From the NCBI RefSeq assembly GCF_009914755.1, contig NC_060944.1: DNA of 64,000 bases; one strand, written 5' to 3'. Made by a program: the position numbers and the translations under genes. The notes under the pieces were generated by a model, which worked only from the letters and a program-made list of their open reading frames with translations, was not told where the DNA came from and ran no database searches. The stretch's first letter is position 1. Every line of letters starts with the position of its first letter. Below are positions 28,961 to 43,929 of this stretch, in pieces. This DNA comes from the human T2T-CHM13v2.0 reference genome, Homo sapiens.

Positions 28961-30734
28961 ATATGTTAAAGCTACTGGGAATAATTTCTACGTGGTTATG
29001 CCACAAACTTAATTGGCCAATAGGTTTTTTTGTTTCATTTTGTTTTTTGTTTGAGGTATTGCTTTTTATTGTTTTGCTTTATAATTATATAAACTATATG
29101 GTTCCAAGGGGCAAGTCTACAAAACAAAGTTGTTCAGATTTAGTTTCTATTCCTATCTCCTCTGTTTCCTCCTTTTTTTAATGTTTGGGAGATATACACA
29201 AGACACATGTATGCATGCATGCATGCACGCACAGACAAATACATGTATGTTTGTACTACCATTCTGAGATAACAGTAGTGTCCTGTCCATACTTTTCTCT
29301 GTTTGTTTTTTGTTAATTATATATCCTAGAAATTACTCCATAGCCATACATAGAGATAGTCCTCATTCTTTTTTCCTATGCTTAGTATTCTGTTGTGAGG
29401 ATGTATTGTAGTTTATTCAGCCAGTCCTCTGATGATACACATTTAGGTTGTTTGCAACAGTTTTTAAGTTGATTGCTTCATAAACCTATTCATAAATAGG
29501 GAATGCAATTTTTTATGATTGTTTTGGTTTTTTAGGTTCATGCTTTGTCAGTTTTGAGAAGCAAGTTACATGTTTTAAGCGTGTTTAGCTTTTTTTTTTT
29601 TTAAACAGCAAGGAGTGGATTTATTCAGAGGTCTCCCTCTGCCACATTTTAGTGCTGTTTGTATAAAGCAGCCCCTAAGACTCTAGTCATAACATCACGT
29701 GTCACAGGAAGAGTGAGTAATCAATCTCCTGGCAAACATTGTTTGTTAGCCTGCCGCAGGCATTAAAATGTTGCCAGGTGTTAACAACCTGGAGGCCTGG
29801 AATTCCTAATTGCTGTAATCAGAACCTGAAGTTTTTAAAGTTTGAATCTCATTACAACCAAAGCCAGATTTGGTTCAGTTACTTTAATTTTTCTATAATT
29901 TGAAGTCAGAAAAGAAAAAGAAAAACAACTGTAACTTCAGTGTTGTTTATTATTCATCAAGAAGGTTTCAATGGCTGAAATTTAAAATGTAAATTAGCTA
30001 TTACTCTAGAAAGCACAGTTTTTAGTTTTCAGCTGAGATGAATGTATTTTTCTTATTCCTGGATCTATAGCCACGCTTTTGAATTATGATCTCATTCACT
30101 TAGACACATATTTTTCACTCTTCTTCTTTTGAGCTGTTAAAGATATTTTCTTCAGTCTTTCTTTTCAGCTTTACCTCCTGTTTTTTTTTCTCACACGAAC
30201 TCTTGACAATTCAGTAATCCTTATTCCTGGGACATGAAATGTTGAGAAGACAAAGGAGATTTATGCAAGTTTTCCCACTCCATCCAAAGAAAGGGTCTCT
30301 ATTAGAGCTCTTGAAAGTGATATTTGCTTATGTAGCCCAGTGCCTCTGAAAGAAAAAACATGATGCAGAACTTTTCTCATTATCTAAGGTGTGTTCCTGG
30401 TGTCATTTCCCTCTCCCAACAGGACCACTTTTACCTAATACAAATCTGGATCCTCCACTACTCAAGTGAAATACAACGCAATTAGCATCTTTTGTCTTTG
30501 ATAACACACCTACTCCAAGCACCAGTAATGCTGGAATGGAAAGCATGTTTCATTTCCTTTCTTCATTTCTCTGTTGGAGTTTGATGCTGATATTACTGAG
30601 ATTTCTAATGGACAGTGTAGGGAGGAGAAGGCTGATTGATGGTAATTTATTGTACTGCTACTGAGAAAAAAACAACTCAGGGTATTGGTTGTTCGATACA
30701 TCCAGATTTTTTGACTGAAAATGTTAGATTTTAC

Positions 30735-31207
30735 TTTTTCTTTTTTAAAAATTTCCAACTTTTAAGTTCAGGGGCACATGTGCAGGATGTGCAGGTTTTT
30801 TACATAGGTAAATGTGTGCCATGTTGGTTTATGGCACAGATCATGCCATCACTTAGGTATTAAGCCCAGCATCCATTAGCTATTCTTCCTGATGCTCTCC
30901 CTCCTCCCAAGCCCCCACCCTCTGACAGGCCCCAGTGTGTGTTGTTCCCCACCATGTGTCCATGTGTTCTTATCATTCAGCTCCCACTTATAAGTGAGAA
31001 CATGCAGCATTTTTTTTTCTGTTCCGTGTTAGTTTGCTAAGGATAATCACCTCCAGCTCCATCCATATCCCTGTGAAGGACATGATCTCCTTCCTTTTTA
31101 TGGCTGCATAATATTCCATGGTATATATATACCACATGTTCTTTATCCAGTCTATCATTGATGAACATTTAGGTTGTTCATTACAGCACTATTCACAATA
31201 GCAAAGA
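30735..31207 (-). mobile_element. Truncated L1PA 3' end with a short 5' inversion
   Basis: Antisense L1PA 3'UTR to about 31176, then a 32-bp sense-oriented L1 piece; TSD agattttac. Confidence 0.9.
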
Positions 31208-31504
31208 TTTTACATTTGTTTAGAAGGCTTGATAAAGTTGCAGTTGTGTACCAAGTGTACCAAAGTGACTGTTCTTTTAGTGAAGAAGCAGTAGATTTGG
31301 TAGTTAAGATCATTGGAATCAGGCTTTCAGCGTTCAAATCCTGACTTCACCATTTGCTGAGTAGCTGTGGGCCACTTACCTCTCCTCTCTGAGCTTCATT
31401 GTCCTCATCTGTAAAATGAAGTAATACTAGAACCCATAGGATACATTTTGAACCTATATGAGAGTTAAATGGAGTAATGCACATCAGGGGCCTGCAATAT
31501 AATA

Positions 31505-31721
31505 CAGATTGAGTATCCCAAACCTGGAATCCTGAAATGCTCTAAAATTTGAAACTTTTGAACAGTCAAAGAAAGTGCTCATTGGAGCATTTCAAATTTC
31601 ATATTTTTGGATTAGAGATGGTCAACAGGTAAGTATAATGCAAATATTTCAAAATCCTCCAAAATCCAAAGTTTAAAACACTTCTGGTCCCAAACATTTT
31701 GGTTAAGGGATACTTCACCTG
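31505..31721. mobile_element. Tigger4a/MER46-like MITE
   Basis: TA|cagattgagtatccc...gggatacttcacctg|TA terminal inverted repeats. Confidence 0.85.
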
Positions 31722-32218
31722 TAGTCACTTCATAAATGTCAGCTTCTCCTCCCTCCTTCCACTTTCCCCTCCTTTCTTGAAACATTGTCCATGGAGTAAA
31801 TTTCACTACCTAAACTTTTCCCCCAGTGATTTGCCATTGCCTTCTGTTATAAAATCAGAGATACATTCCCAAAGAATACTTGCTCCCAGAGGGACTGATC
31901 TAAAACTACTCTAAAACAAAGGAATTAAAACTATTACTGCTTGGAAATTGATTACCAAAGTGATCATAGGTATCAGTTTTAGAACTTCCTAATGCTTTCT
32001 TCCTTTCTTTTCCTTACATCTCTATACAATAATACAGTGTTTCTTTCTACCCACCTCTCAAATCATGAACTGTTGAGGTTAACGGAAATTTTCAAATCTT
32101 GAAGCTCTGAAACTACTTCCCTTACAGTAACACACTTCTACCAATAGATGCCGCCCTTTCACTTCTTGAGTGCACAATCTCCTGTGTGGCATTTGCTTAA
32201 GGCAGAGCTTGCTGGCTA

Positions 32219-32573
<355 letters not shown>

Positions 32574-33560
32574 GTTACTGAATCACTTTAGAAATTTGAC
32601 ATTGTGTGAAGTGAGTTTGTTTGAAAATAGGGAAAACTTGTAACACAGACCAGTAGAATGAACATTACATTACATAAGAAGAAGGGTGAATGGCCCAGGC
32701 TTTAGCTGGGACCTTGGGTGAGTCACCCTCCTCTTTGAATTTTAGTTTGTGATCTGTAAAAATTAAACATAATAGTACCTATCCTGCTTTTCCCACAGAG
32801 TTGGAGAAAGGATCAAATGAAATATACATTGGGTTATTTGAACTAAGTTTACTTTCAAAACTTTGGTAGAATTTTATTAGCCAAGAATTATAAGGCCGTT
32901 GATGTTTATTTTCGGTTCATTGTGTATTAAGTATTATCACTTATTTTTATTTCACATTTTATTTTACTATTATAAAAAAATTAACTCTTTGAATGATGAC
33001 AAATAATTCAGAAGTGAGGAAGACAAAGGAGCAGTTAAGCCTGGATTTCTGGTATGACTCCGTTTGCTGATGATAGTAACATTATCACTTTAGATCTAGG
33101 TAGCATTTAATATAGTTAAAGATGCATTCATAGTTTGTTCTTTTGTTTGGCAATGCTTACAGTGTTTCTGTGAGGTAGCAGGGTGGGGTTTCTTATCCTC
33201 TTATAGTTTGAGGAACTGGAGCCCAGAGACATTTTACAAAGGCATCTTTCCTACTTGGTGCCAGAATCAGGTCTGGAACCCAGACCCCTAAGTGGCTTCC
33301 TGTCTGCGTTAATTCATAAGTGTGTGTGTTTTCTCACATGAAAACAAAAACAAAAACTATGCTTACATATTAAATACCCAATGTTATAAACCAGGAAAAA
33401 GAATCTTCTTTCAAATAACATGTGATAGGGACTACAGTAACCAGGAAGAATGATTTCAGGTTTATTGCATCTTCCTGGGAATTTCGTGACATTAGAGGAG
33501 TATTTATTATTAACTCACAGTGTTTTTTTTCATGCTTATTGAGAACACAATGCAGATTGA

Positions 33561-34009
<449 letters not shown>

Positions 34010-34066
34010 AGAAAATGTCATTCTAACTAAAAAGGCATTATTATTTTAAGAACATTTTTGGTTTTC

Positions 34067-34469
<403 letters not shown>

Positions 34470-34566
34470 TCAGTCTCATTCAGGCACTTGTTCCTGAATT
34501 TTTCTTCTCTTCTACTCTGTTATCTATTGTCTAATCAGTATGGGCTTTTCTGCTAATTTGCTTTTC

Positions 34567-34882
<316 letters not shown>

Positions 34883-36414
34883 TAATTTGCTTTTCTTACT
34901 CCAGTGTTAGATAATGAATATTTTTAGTAATCTTCATATTGGTTGCTCATTATCTTGTCTAATTTTAAATTTTATTGGCAGACACACTTGGTCTCTTAAG
35001 ACTAACTACATTTTGGATTTTGACAAGGAAATGATGAAAATAGCAGTTATTGAATGCTTGTTGTGTGTTAGGTCCCTGTAAATGTTTTATACCATCTTCT
35101 TTTCATAATATCCTCACATGGTAGATCTTATAGATCTTATTCCCACTTATTTGACAGAGAGGCTTTGAGGCGCTAGGTGACAAGAGATGCTAGGTGACCT
35201 GTCCCACCCTTGGTGCATGATTAATAAAAGATAGACCATTATTTTTCTCAGAATAACGCACGTTTGTTTGTGTGAGAATGGTTATATATGTGCCGATGGT
35301 AAACATTCATCTAATTCAGATGCTGCATCTTTTCTTTCTCTAACATGTGCAGCCCTTAGCGAATTGCCATAGCATGCAGGTGCTCAGAATGTGTTATTTG
35401 ATTATGTTATTTGGGCCCATTGTGCACTCTTTGGAAATCTTTTTAAATTTCTTCAGATTTTCTTTTTGTAATATCCATTCATCTATGTGTATAGGAATAT
35501 GTTAATTGGACTATAATTTCATAGATGTGGAATTTAGATTTCTTCCCTGCTTCTTTGGTAAAACTGTAGTAAAAAACATTGATTGGAAATACAGTGTTGG
35601 GAATTCCCTTGATCGAATTGGATAAAGCATAAAGCATTTAGCAAAGTGCCTGGCATTCCTAATCTATTATTAATATGTGGGTTCCTTTTAGAGTGATGGC
35701 TTATTTATAGTGAAGAAGAGCAGTGGGTTGGGAATCAGGTCTCAGCTCTGACTGTAACTAGCTTTGTGTCCTTAAGTAAGCCACCTAACCTTTCTGGGAC
35801 TCTGTTTCTTTGTCTGCTAAAGGTAAGATTAAGCCTTCAAGAGCCCTCAAACTCTCTTGGTCTTTGTTTGCCAATTTAAAAAATGCAGCTAATGCGTCTC
35901 TCTCATAGGGATCATGTGAGCCTAAAATAAAGAGCTTGTGTAAAGTGTGTAAAAGATGCTCAGTATATATAAGGTTCTTTTCCTGTTCTTTTAAAAGCAG
36001 AGAAATGCTTAGGACACCCAGGACGCCAACATGAGCATAGAAGGCAGTCTGATATACTGACCAAGAGCAGATAGACTTGGATCCATTGCTGGTTTCATTA
36101 TTTATGGGACCAGTAACTCTAGGCTTCTCACCCAACCTAAAATGAAGATACTAATCATATTTACTTCTGAGTTATTGAGAAGATTAATTTAAAAATGCTT
36201 TTAAAGTGCTTAGCAGAGTATCTGACACAGAGTAGGCATTCAGTAAATTTTATTTACATGTGTAACACTTAGGGTGGGAGACATGGATGAACTACTGGAA
36301 AAGGGAAAGATACTGAGGTGGGCTGCCCTAAAAAAGGAAGGTAAGAGGAAGACCTACACTTATTTCACACTTTTGTTGCAGGCCCTGCTAGTTCACACAT
36401 TGTTTGCTTTGTGA

Positions 36415-36684
36415 TTTTTTTTTTTTGAGACGGAGTGTTGCTCTGTTGCCCAGGCTGGAGTGCAGTGGCGTGGTCTTGGCTCACTGCAACCTCTGCCTCC
36501 TGCGTTCAGGTGGTTCTCCTGCCTCAGCCTCCCGCCACCATGCCCGGCTAATTTTTGTATTTTTAGTAGAGACGGGGTTTCACCATGTTGGCCAGGCTGG
36601 CCTCGAACTCCTGACCTCAGGTGATCCATCCGCCTCGGCCTCCCAAAGTGCTGGAATTACAGGCGTGAGCCACCATGCCCAGCC
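36415..36684 (-). mobile_element. AluSx-like with internal deletion
   Basis: cctcagcctcc joins cgccaccatgcc directly, lacking the gagtagctgggattacaggc segment. Confidence 0.95.
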
Positions 36685-36708
36685 ATGATATTTATTTTAT
36701 ACCTAAGA

Positions 36709-36782
36709 TGAGCTTAATTCTGTTATGACTTTCTTGTTCCTAGGGTGAGCTTAATTCTGTTATGACTTTCTTGTTCCTAGGG
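36709..36782. repeat. Perfect 37-bp tandem duplication
   Basis: tgagcttaattctgttatgactttcttgttcctaggg at 36709-36745 and 36746-36782. Confidence 0.97.
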
Positions 36783-39700
36783 TTTAAATATCAAGGATAC
36801 TCACTAAAACACTGATAGACCTTTTGTGTTTTCTCTGATTGCTTCCCTTCTGTGCCTGCCTGGAGGCTATAGGTCCTGGACAGTTCCCACATTGATGTTT
36901 TTTTTTTCAAAACAGTTTTTTCCTGATGGTACATTTGTTAATGTAAAATAGCTCAAGTAAATGTATGTGCGTATGTATGAAAGAGACAGAGAGAGACAGA
37001 GAGAGCTGTATGGGATCCATCAGCTGCCGAGGGTACCCTTTCATCTAGCAGAGTTCACATTGCAGAGCATTGGATCAGAGGGTGGCCAGCAGCTGGAGGG
37101 AGAGCAAACTTGAATCTACTTTATAGACCCACTAGTCACTTCCATTTGCCCTTTACTTAGGAGAAAATACACAGCAAAAACTGTTCTTTAGACATGGATG
37201 CATCTAGTTTAATAAATCTTAATGTAGTGCTATTAAAAATGAGGTAAAGTCAGGAAATTTTCTACCCCCTCCCAAGTGCTCTTATTCCTAGATATGCAGG
37301 ACCAAGCATAAAGTTATTTTCACACATTGGGAAGAAATGTTCCATTCCAATTTCAAGTGGAGGTTTTCCACTTTTGGAAGTGCTGCTGAGACTGCAATTA
37401 TAAACTACAACTATTCTTTTAAAACAGTTCCTGGGATGAATTAAGATCTTGCAGTAAAAATACCATATACAATCTGTCACATTATCTGTGGAACTCTTCC
37501 CTATGCCAGCTTGGTCAGTGAGGGTAACAGCTGCCCAGAGTTCATTGCTAAACGGATGTTTAACAATGGTACTGTGAATTCAGCACTTCATATTAGAATA
37601 ATGCTTGAGTTCCTGGTATTCGGTTAATGGAGTTTTACGTACAGTGATACAGAAAATATGTGATGCACAGGATTTCAGCTTTTTAAGAATTCTCACCACT
37701 TCTCCTCCCATCTCAATTTTGTTGTTGTGGAAAATGAAAATCCCACAGGAAAGCCAAGTGTAGTCCTCATTCCCTGACTTCTGGCTTTGTACTCCATCAC
37801 TTTCCACTTCCTTCCCCTCCCCTCTCTACACTGTTCACCTGGGCCTAAACGTCTGAATGACTGCAGCCTCAAGGAAAGCTTCAAGTTAGACTAGATGACC
37901 TTTAAGGTTTTGTTAATCCTGAGAATCCGTTTGGCCACATCAATGAGCTCCTTTGTATCTACTCAAATGTGATAGAACAGACGAGCATTCAGAGTAAGGG
38001 GATCTTCCTAGGCTGGCTGCAGAGAGAACAGTCAGCAGTGCTCGTGCCATGGCTACAGATTACACATCTCACTCTGGGGGTGTGTGGGGACTGGGAAAGG
38101 GGGAGCCAGTTTGGCCTGTGGCACATGTAATTTTTATACTTTGAACTACTGAAATGGGTCTGAGTTCTCCAGCTCTTCACAGACCCCATCACTTCCTGTT
38201 TTTGTTTTATGAGCAGACTGTTGAGTTTATTTCTGTTGTCTTTGCCAGTCTCTCAAAACATTTGTGTTTGTGATCTCTGATTTAACCAGTCTCCAGCTGA
38301 TGGTCATTTAGGTAGCCTTCAGCTTTTTAATATTAATAAATATTGCTTTAATAACATCTTTGCATGGTACGCCCTTAGAATTAATTCCTGCAGTAGAATT
38401 ATTGGGTCAAACTGTTCACAAATTTGAAATTTTGATACATATTGTTAAATTTCCCTATCGTTTTTGGTATGTGAATTGTTGCTTTATATTATTTACTGAA
38501 TTTTCCATGGAATTCTTATTTTCTTTATTGATTTTAAAGACTTCTTCAGCTATCAAGTCAGGTTATGAACCTTTTAACATATGTGGTAAAGATATTCTGC
38601 TAGAATATCTTTTAAAGCTTTGTATATGGTATCTAACTTCAGACATTTAAATTTTTATATATTTTGATTTATTAGCTTTTTCTTGTGGTTTCTGGAATTT
38701 TATGTCATCTTTGGGAAAGTTTTTCACATTCTAAGATTACAAAAATATTAACCCTTACTTTGTTTTAGAATGTTTTATTATTTTTTCTTTCTCAATATTT
38801 AATCTATCATGTATTTGTCTTGGTGTTAAGAGTAAGGTAGCAATCGAGCTTTATATTTTTCTAACAACCAAGGGTTTAAAAAATACATAATTAATTTAGA
38901 ATTACCAAATCTTAATAGCTTATAGTACCTAAAAGTGGCTTGTTTTTACAGATAGAAACTTTCCACTTCAAACTCTGAGTTTTAATGTTTTTCGGCTTTT
39001 AAAACCTCTAGAAAGAAACTGTGAACAGAACACCGTATTGGTTTTGGCATTAACCTTAATGCATCTCAAATAGGCTGATTCTACAGAATTTGATCCAAAG
39101 TACTTCTATGTCTTGATCCTTTTTTTGCCAAGCAAAATTGATTGTTTCTAACCAAAAGGCCTTTAGTGCTAGACTGAAAGAAAAGTAAGGTGGTCCTTCT
39201 GTGCTGGTTGTATTTTATATAATTTGGCATCAAGTACAATGCTTTTTATTTTTCTCTTTAGTTTCTTTCTTTTCTCTAGCCTTTGATGGTCCAGGCCTCT
39301 TGTTGCTAGGGGGCTTTTTGGGAGACAAATTCAAATCCTTACTGTCTAGCTCATTGTTATTGTATCTTTTAGTGAGTTCCTTTTTTCATGGTAGTTCAAT
39401 AAGTGGTTACCAGGGGTCTTTCTTTGACAGTTATTACTAGCTTCTCTTGTATAGTGGGATTTAGCTGTGGGTTGATTTGTTGTGCTGGTATGTTTTCAAC
39501 TGCAGCGATGCATTGCTCTATCACATGGATTCTTTTTATAGCTTCATTAGAGGTGTTTTAGTTCCTCTTTTGAATATTTATCTGAGTATCTTAGTACCTT
39601 GGCAGTCACACTATCCTAAATTATTATAGTGCCTTCTAAAGTAGATTTTGTCATTGAGGCTTATGTTTAGGTCAGGCTTGCAGGCAGGGAGACAGATTAT

Positions 39701-39875
39701 GCCATTGTGGTTGAGAGGCATATAGTGGTTAAAACCACTGGAGTTATTCTGTTAGGGCTCATAGCCTATCTTCTCCACCTATTATGCCACCTGTCTAACC
39801 CTTGATTGTCTTATCTGTCAAACATGGTAAAGTCATACCTCTTTCATAGGGCTGTCGTGAGTATCAAATGAGATG

Positions 39876-39959
39876 CAGGTTGCGTAATCCCAAATCCAAA
39901 AATCCAAAATCCAAAACACTTCTGGTCCCAGGCATCTTGGATAAGGGATACTAAACCTG
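39876..39959. mobile_element. Internally deleted Tigger4a-like mini-element inside a MIR (~39715-40030)
   Basis: caggttgcgtaatccc...gggatactaaacctg ends; shares aaaacacttctggtccca with the 31505 element. Confidence 0.8.
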
Positions 39960-40987
39960 TAATGCACGTAAAGCACCTTTAGGACAATGGTCCTTACTGC
40001 TGGCCTGCAATAAGCACTTAATAAATGTTATTATTTTCTTCTTTTTTGGTGTTGGTTTGCTCTTCTATAATGTTACAATGCTATTTTGTTAACCTTCTAG
40101 TTGTAAAAACACACTCATTATAGAAAGTTTAGAGACTGAAGAAAAGCTTAAAGAAGAAAATGTCTCTTACAACTCTTCCACCCCCCCAGCAATAATAATT
40201 ACATTTTAACATTTCCTTCCAGTTTTTTAATACTTAGATATTATTTTACACAGCTGAGATCATTCTGCATGCATAATAAATCTTGATTTTTTTTCACTTA
40301 ACATATCTTAAACATTTTCTCATATCATTAAAAACACTTGTGAAATCATTTTTAAGGGTCACATAGTAGCCCATCACATTACATTCTTTTGATTGATTTA
40401 ATCATCCTCTTTTTACTTGGCATTTAACATTTGGGGCTTTTTTGGTTGGAGTTGGGTTGTTTTCAGGTCGTTCTAATATATTAAGCCAGGCTTTTTTCTT
40501 GTCAACAGGAGGTTTGGGGATTGAGTCTTTGTGATTGTTTTTATTGTTGCATTTTTTTGCCTGTTGAGTGTGTGAATTAAGCTGGGGTTTTAACCATCAG
40601 CACCTGCGCTCTCAGACTCTTGCCACCACCTTTCTGGACAATCTCCATGCTCTGCTTTTTAAACTTTTTCTGATGAGTTTCTTTTCTTCTGTGCTAGAAG
40701 AAAGATGAATGGAGACTATGTTTGGTGTTTAGGTTTCTGACCCGGCAGTGCCATGTGAATGCCCAGTAGCTAGCCAAGGTCAACAGCACTGCCTGTTAAT
40801 GGCTTTTTACTGAAGTAGTCCTGCCGAGCAGTTTCTGGTGAGAAGACTATCCTAAATTGTTCTTGACAGGGTACACTATTTTTGTTTCAACTTCTTATTT
40901 TTCCTGTAAAGCTTGGTTTAAAGTATGTTGAGACTGAATTTATTTGTGCTTTGGAATATAATGAGATTTTGTGCTCTTTTCTTTCAG

Positions 40988-41082
40988 AAAACTAGCCAAG
41001 AACAGCAGTCTGGAAAAGACATATGTATCCAAAATTGCCAGGGAAACCTGCTGTGTAGATACGCTTTCTGAGAAACCACATG
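40988..41082 (+). CDS. STK4: STK4 alternative cassette exon (95 nt); coding 40988-41071, KTSQEQQSGKDICIQNCQGNLLCRYAF*, giving a SARAH-less isoform
   Basis: Acceptor gtgctctttttctttcag|AAA at 40987/40988. Open for 27 codons in phase 0, TGA at 41069-41071, donor ATG|gtaaat at 41082/41083. Peptide matches my recollection of the MST1 isoform 2 C-terminus. Confidence 0.88.
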
Positions 41083-42134
41083 GTAAATGAATGTCATCTT
41101 TGTCTCAGAACCACAGTAGCCTGGTTCTGCTGGTGGATCGTGCTAGCTGATTTGAGCTGGGTTTTTAACTCAGTTATTGAAATGGCTTTGAGAGCAGGAC
41201 TTAAATGCCTGTGGTTTTTGACCTCAAGAGGTTGCTTAAAACAGTATCAGCCTGTGTGAGCCTGAGACTGTTTTTCATTTCCTTTGTTTGGTTCGGAGAC
41301 TGCTTGATCCATGGCTGCTTGGCAGGCTTCTTCTTTAGCGTTCATTCTTGTGGCCATTTATTCTCTGATATTAAACTACAGGATGATTTTAATCTCAACT
41401 ACATGGTGAGAAAAAGAGCTGAGTCCAGACTGGCTCAGAAATGGAGCCTAAGAACTGCAATAAGTATCCTAGCACCTTAGGCCCTAGGAAGGACTGTTCC
41501 ATAGTTAACTTCTGTGTGGCTTCACTGTAAGCACAGGTGACAGATGGGCATGTCTTGAATTCCTAGAAGCCATTGTCTCTCTCAATCATCTGTTCCAACA
41601 CTGTATCAGAGAATGATAAACTTTCAGAATTGAAAAGGGTCTTAAAGGACATATTTTCCAGCTCTTGCTATATTTCCAACAAGAGGCATCATCTCACATT
41701 TGCTTGACTACCTGCAGTCATTTCTGAGAAGAGGGAATTCCACAAGTTGGAAGTAGTTCAAATCATTGCTCAAAGCTGTGTGTAAAGATAGTAGTTTTTT
41801 TTTGTTTTTTGGTTTTTTTTTCAGCCAAAATTTGTCCCCAGGGAACCTCTATCCATGAAATTTTGATTACTTCTCACAGGAACTTTAGCAAAAGTTAGTT
41901 GGGATTGTCTGGATTTTCCGTTTTGCAGATAGAGAAAGCCACCATCTCTTTCCCCTAACTACTTAGTACTATGGTAACTTGGGTTTAGGAAAATTTGCCA
42001 GTTCATTGTTACCAAGGCAAGTGACTAAATCGTGGGTTCTCTGTATGCTAATGCTGCCCTGCATATAGGCTTTACTGCTGTCCGTGCTTCATTCTCTCTC
42101 TGTTTAGCTGAGAAAATGAGTGTGAAAGCACTTA

Positions 42135-42495
<361 letters not shown>

Positions 42496-43588
42496 GGAAA
42501 AAGTACAGACCCCAGAGTCAGACAGAACCTGATTCAATTTTGATTTCAACCACTTGCGGGCTGTGTTAACCTCAATGGATTATATAATTCTTCAAACCTC
42601 AAATTCCCCATCTGTAGCACTGGGTTAATAATTATAGCTGTAAGATTTAATGAAGAGCAAATGAGATTAATACATATAAAATACTTAATGTATGGCTGCT
42701 AATAATGAACAGTTAATGCTTAAAAAATTCTGGCTTTTATTATTGCTATTGTTACTATTCCTGTAATCACTGTCCAACAAGGTCCCTGAATCTGCCCTCT
42801 CATTAAGGCAATACAGGCAGAGCTTAACCTTCTCTCCCACCTGTCCTTGTGATTTCTTCTCTCCATAGGACTACCCTTGGTATTCATTTTCACCTGATTT
42901 ACCAAGAATAGCAATATAAGCATCAAAAGAAGGGGTGGGGATGGGCATGTACACAATTTCTCTGGCCCCTGGATATCCCTGCTTCTCTTACATGGGGAGG
43001 TTTCAGGAGTGACCTTGTTACTCTGCCGTGTTGTCAGAACTGGAGGTTGGGCGTTAACTTATTTTTTCTCATTTTCCTGCCTTTAGGGAAAACACGTATA
43101 TTCAGAAATATCATGGTTGTCTCTATTTTCAGAGATGGTTTCATCCTCTGTGGCTCTGTCATTTGAGTATGTGTTTTTAACAATCTACTCATTCCACTTT
43201 GTCCTTGTGGTCTAGATTTCTTAGTGGTCAGTTTTGTTTGGTTTCACTCCAGATGTAGGTCTCTGCCGCTTCCCAAGACATCTTAATTTCATGCACATTT
43301 AAAAATTTATTGGCATCAAGTTTCAGATTTTAAAATTTGCAGTATCTGTATTTATAGCTTGCTTTTCATTCCTGTTATTTGTTTCTTCTTTTTTTTCCGG
43401 GGGGTGGGGATCAGTCTTATCAAAGTGTAATTTTTTTTTTAAGCCCAAACCAGCTTTTGGTTTTGTTGATCCTTGCTACTGCACATTAACTTTTGAATTC
43501 ATTAATTTATGTTCTTACATCATTTTCTTCTTTCTGCTTTCTATGGGTTTATTTCTCTTTTCTTCACTTGGACAGTTCAGCTTACTAA

Positions 43589-43929
<341 letters not shown>

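Noticed and set aside
41054-41071. Prenylation (CaaX) signal on the alternative tail CRYAF
   Set aside because: The Cys is fifth from the end, not fourth.
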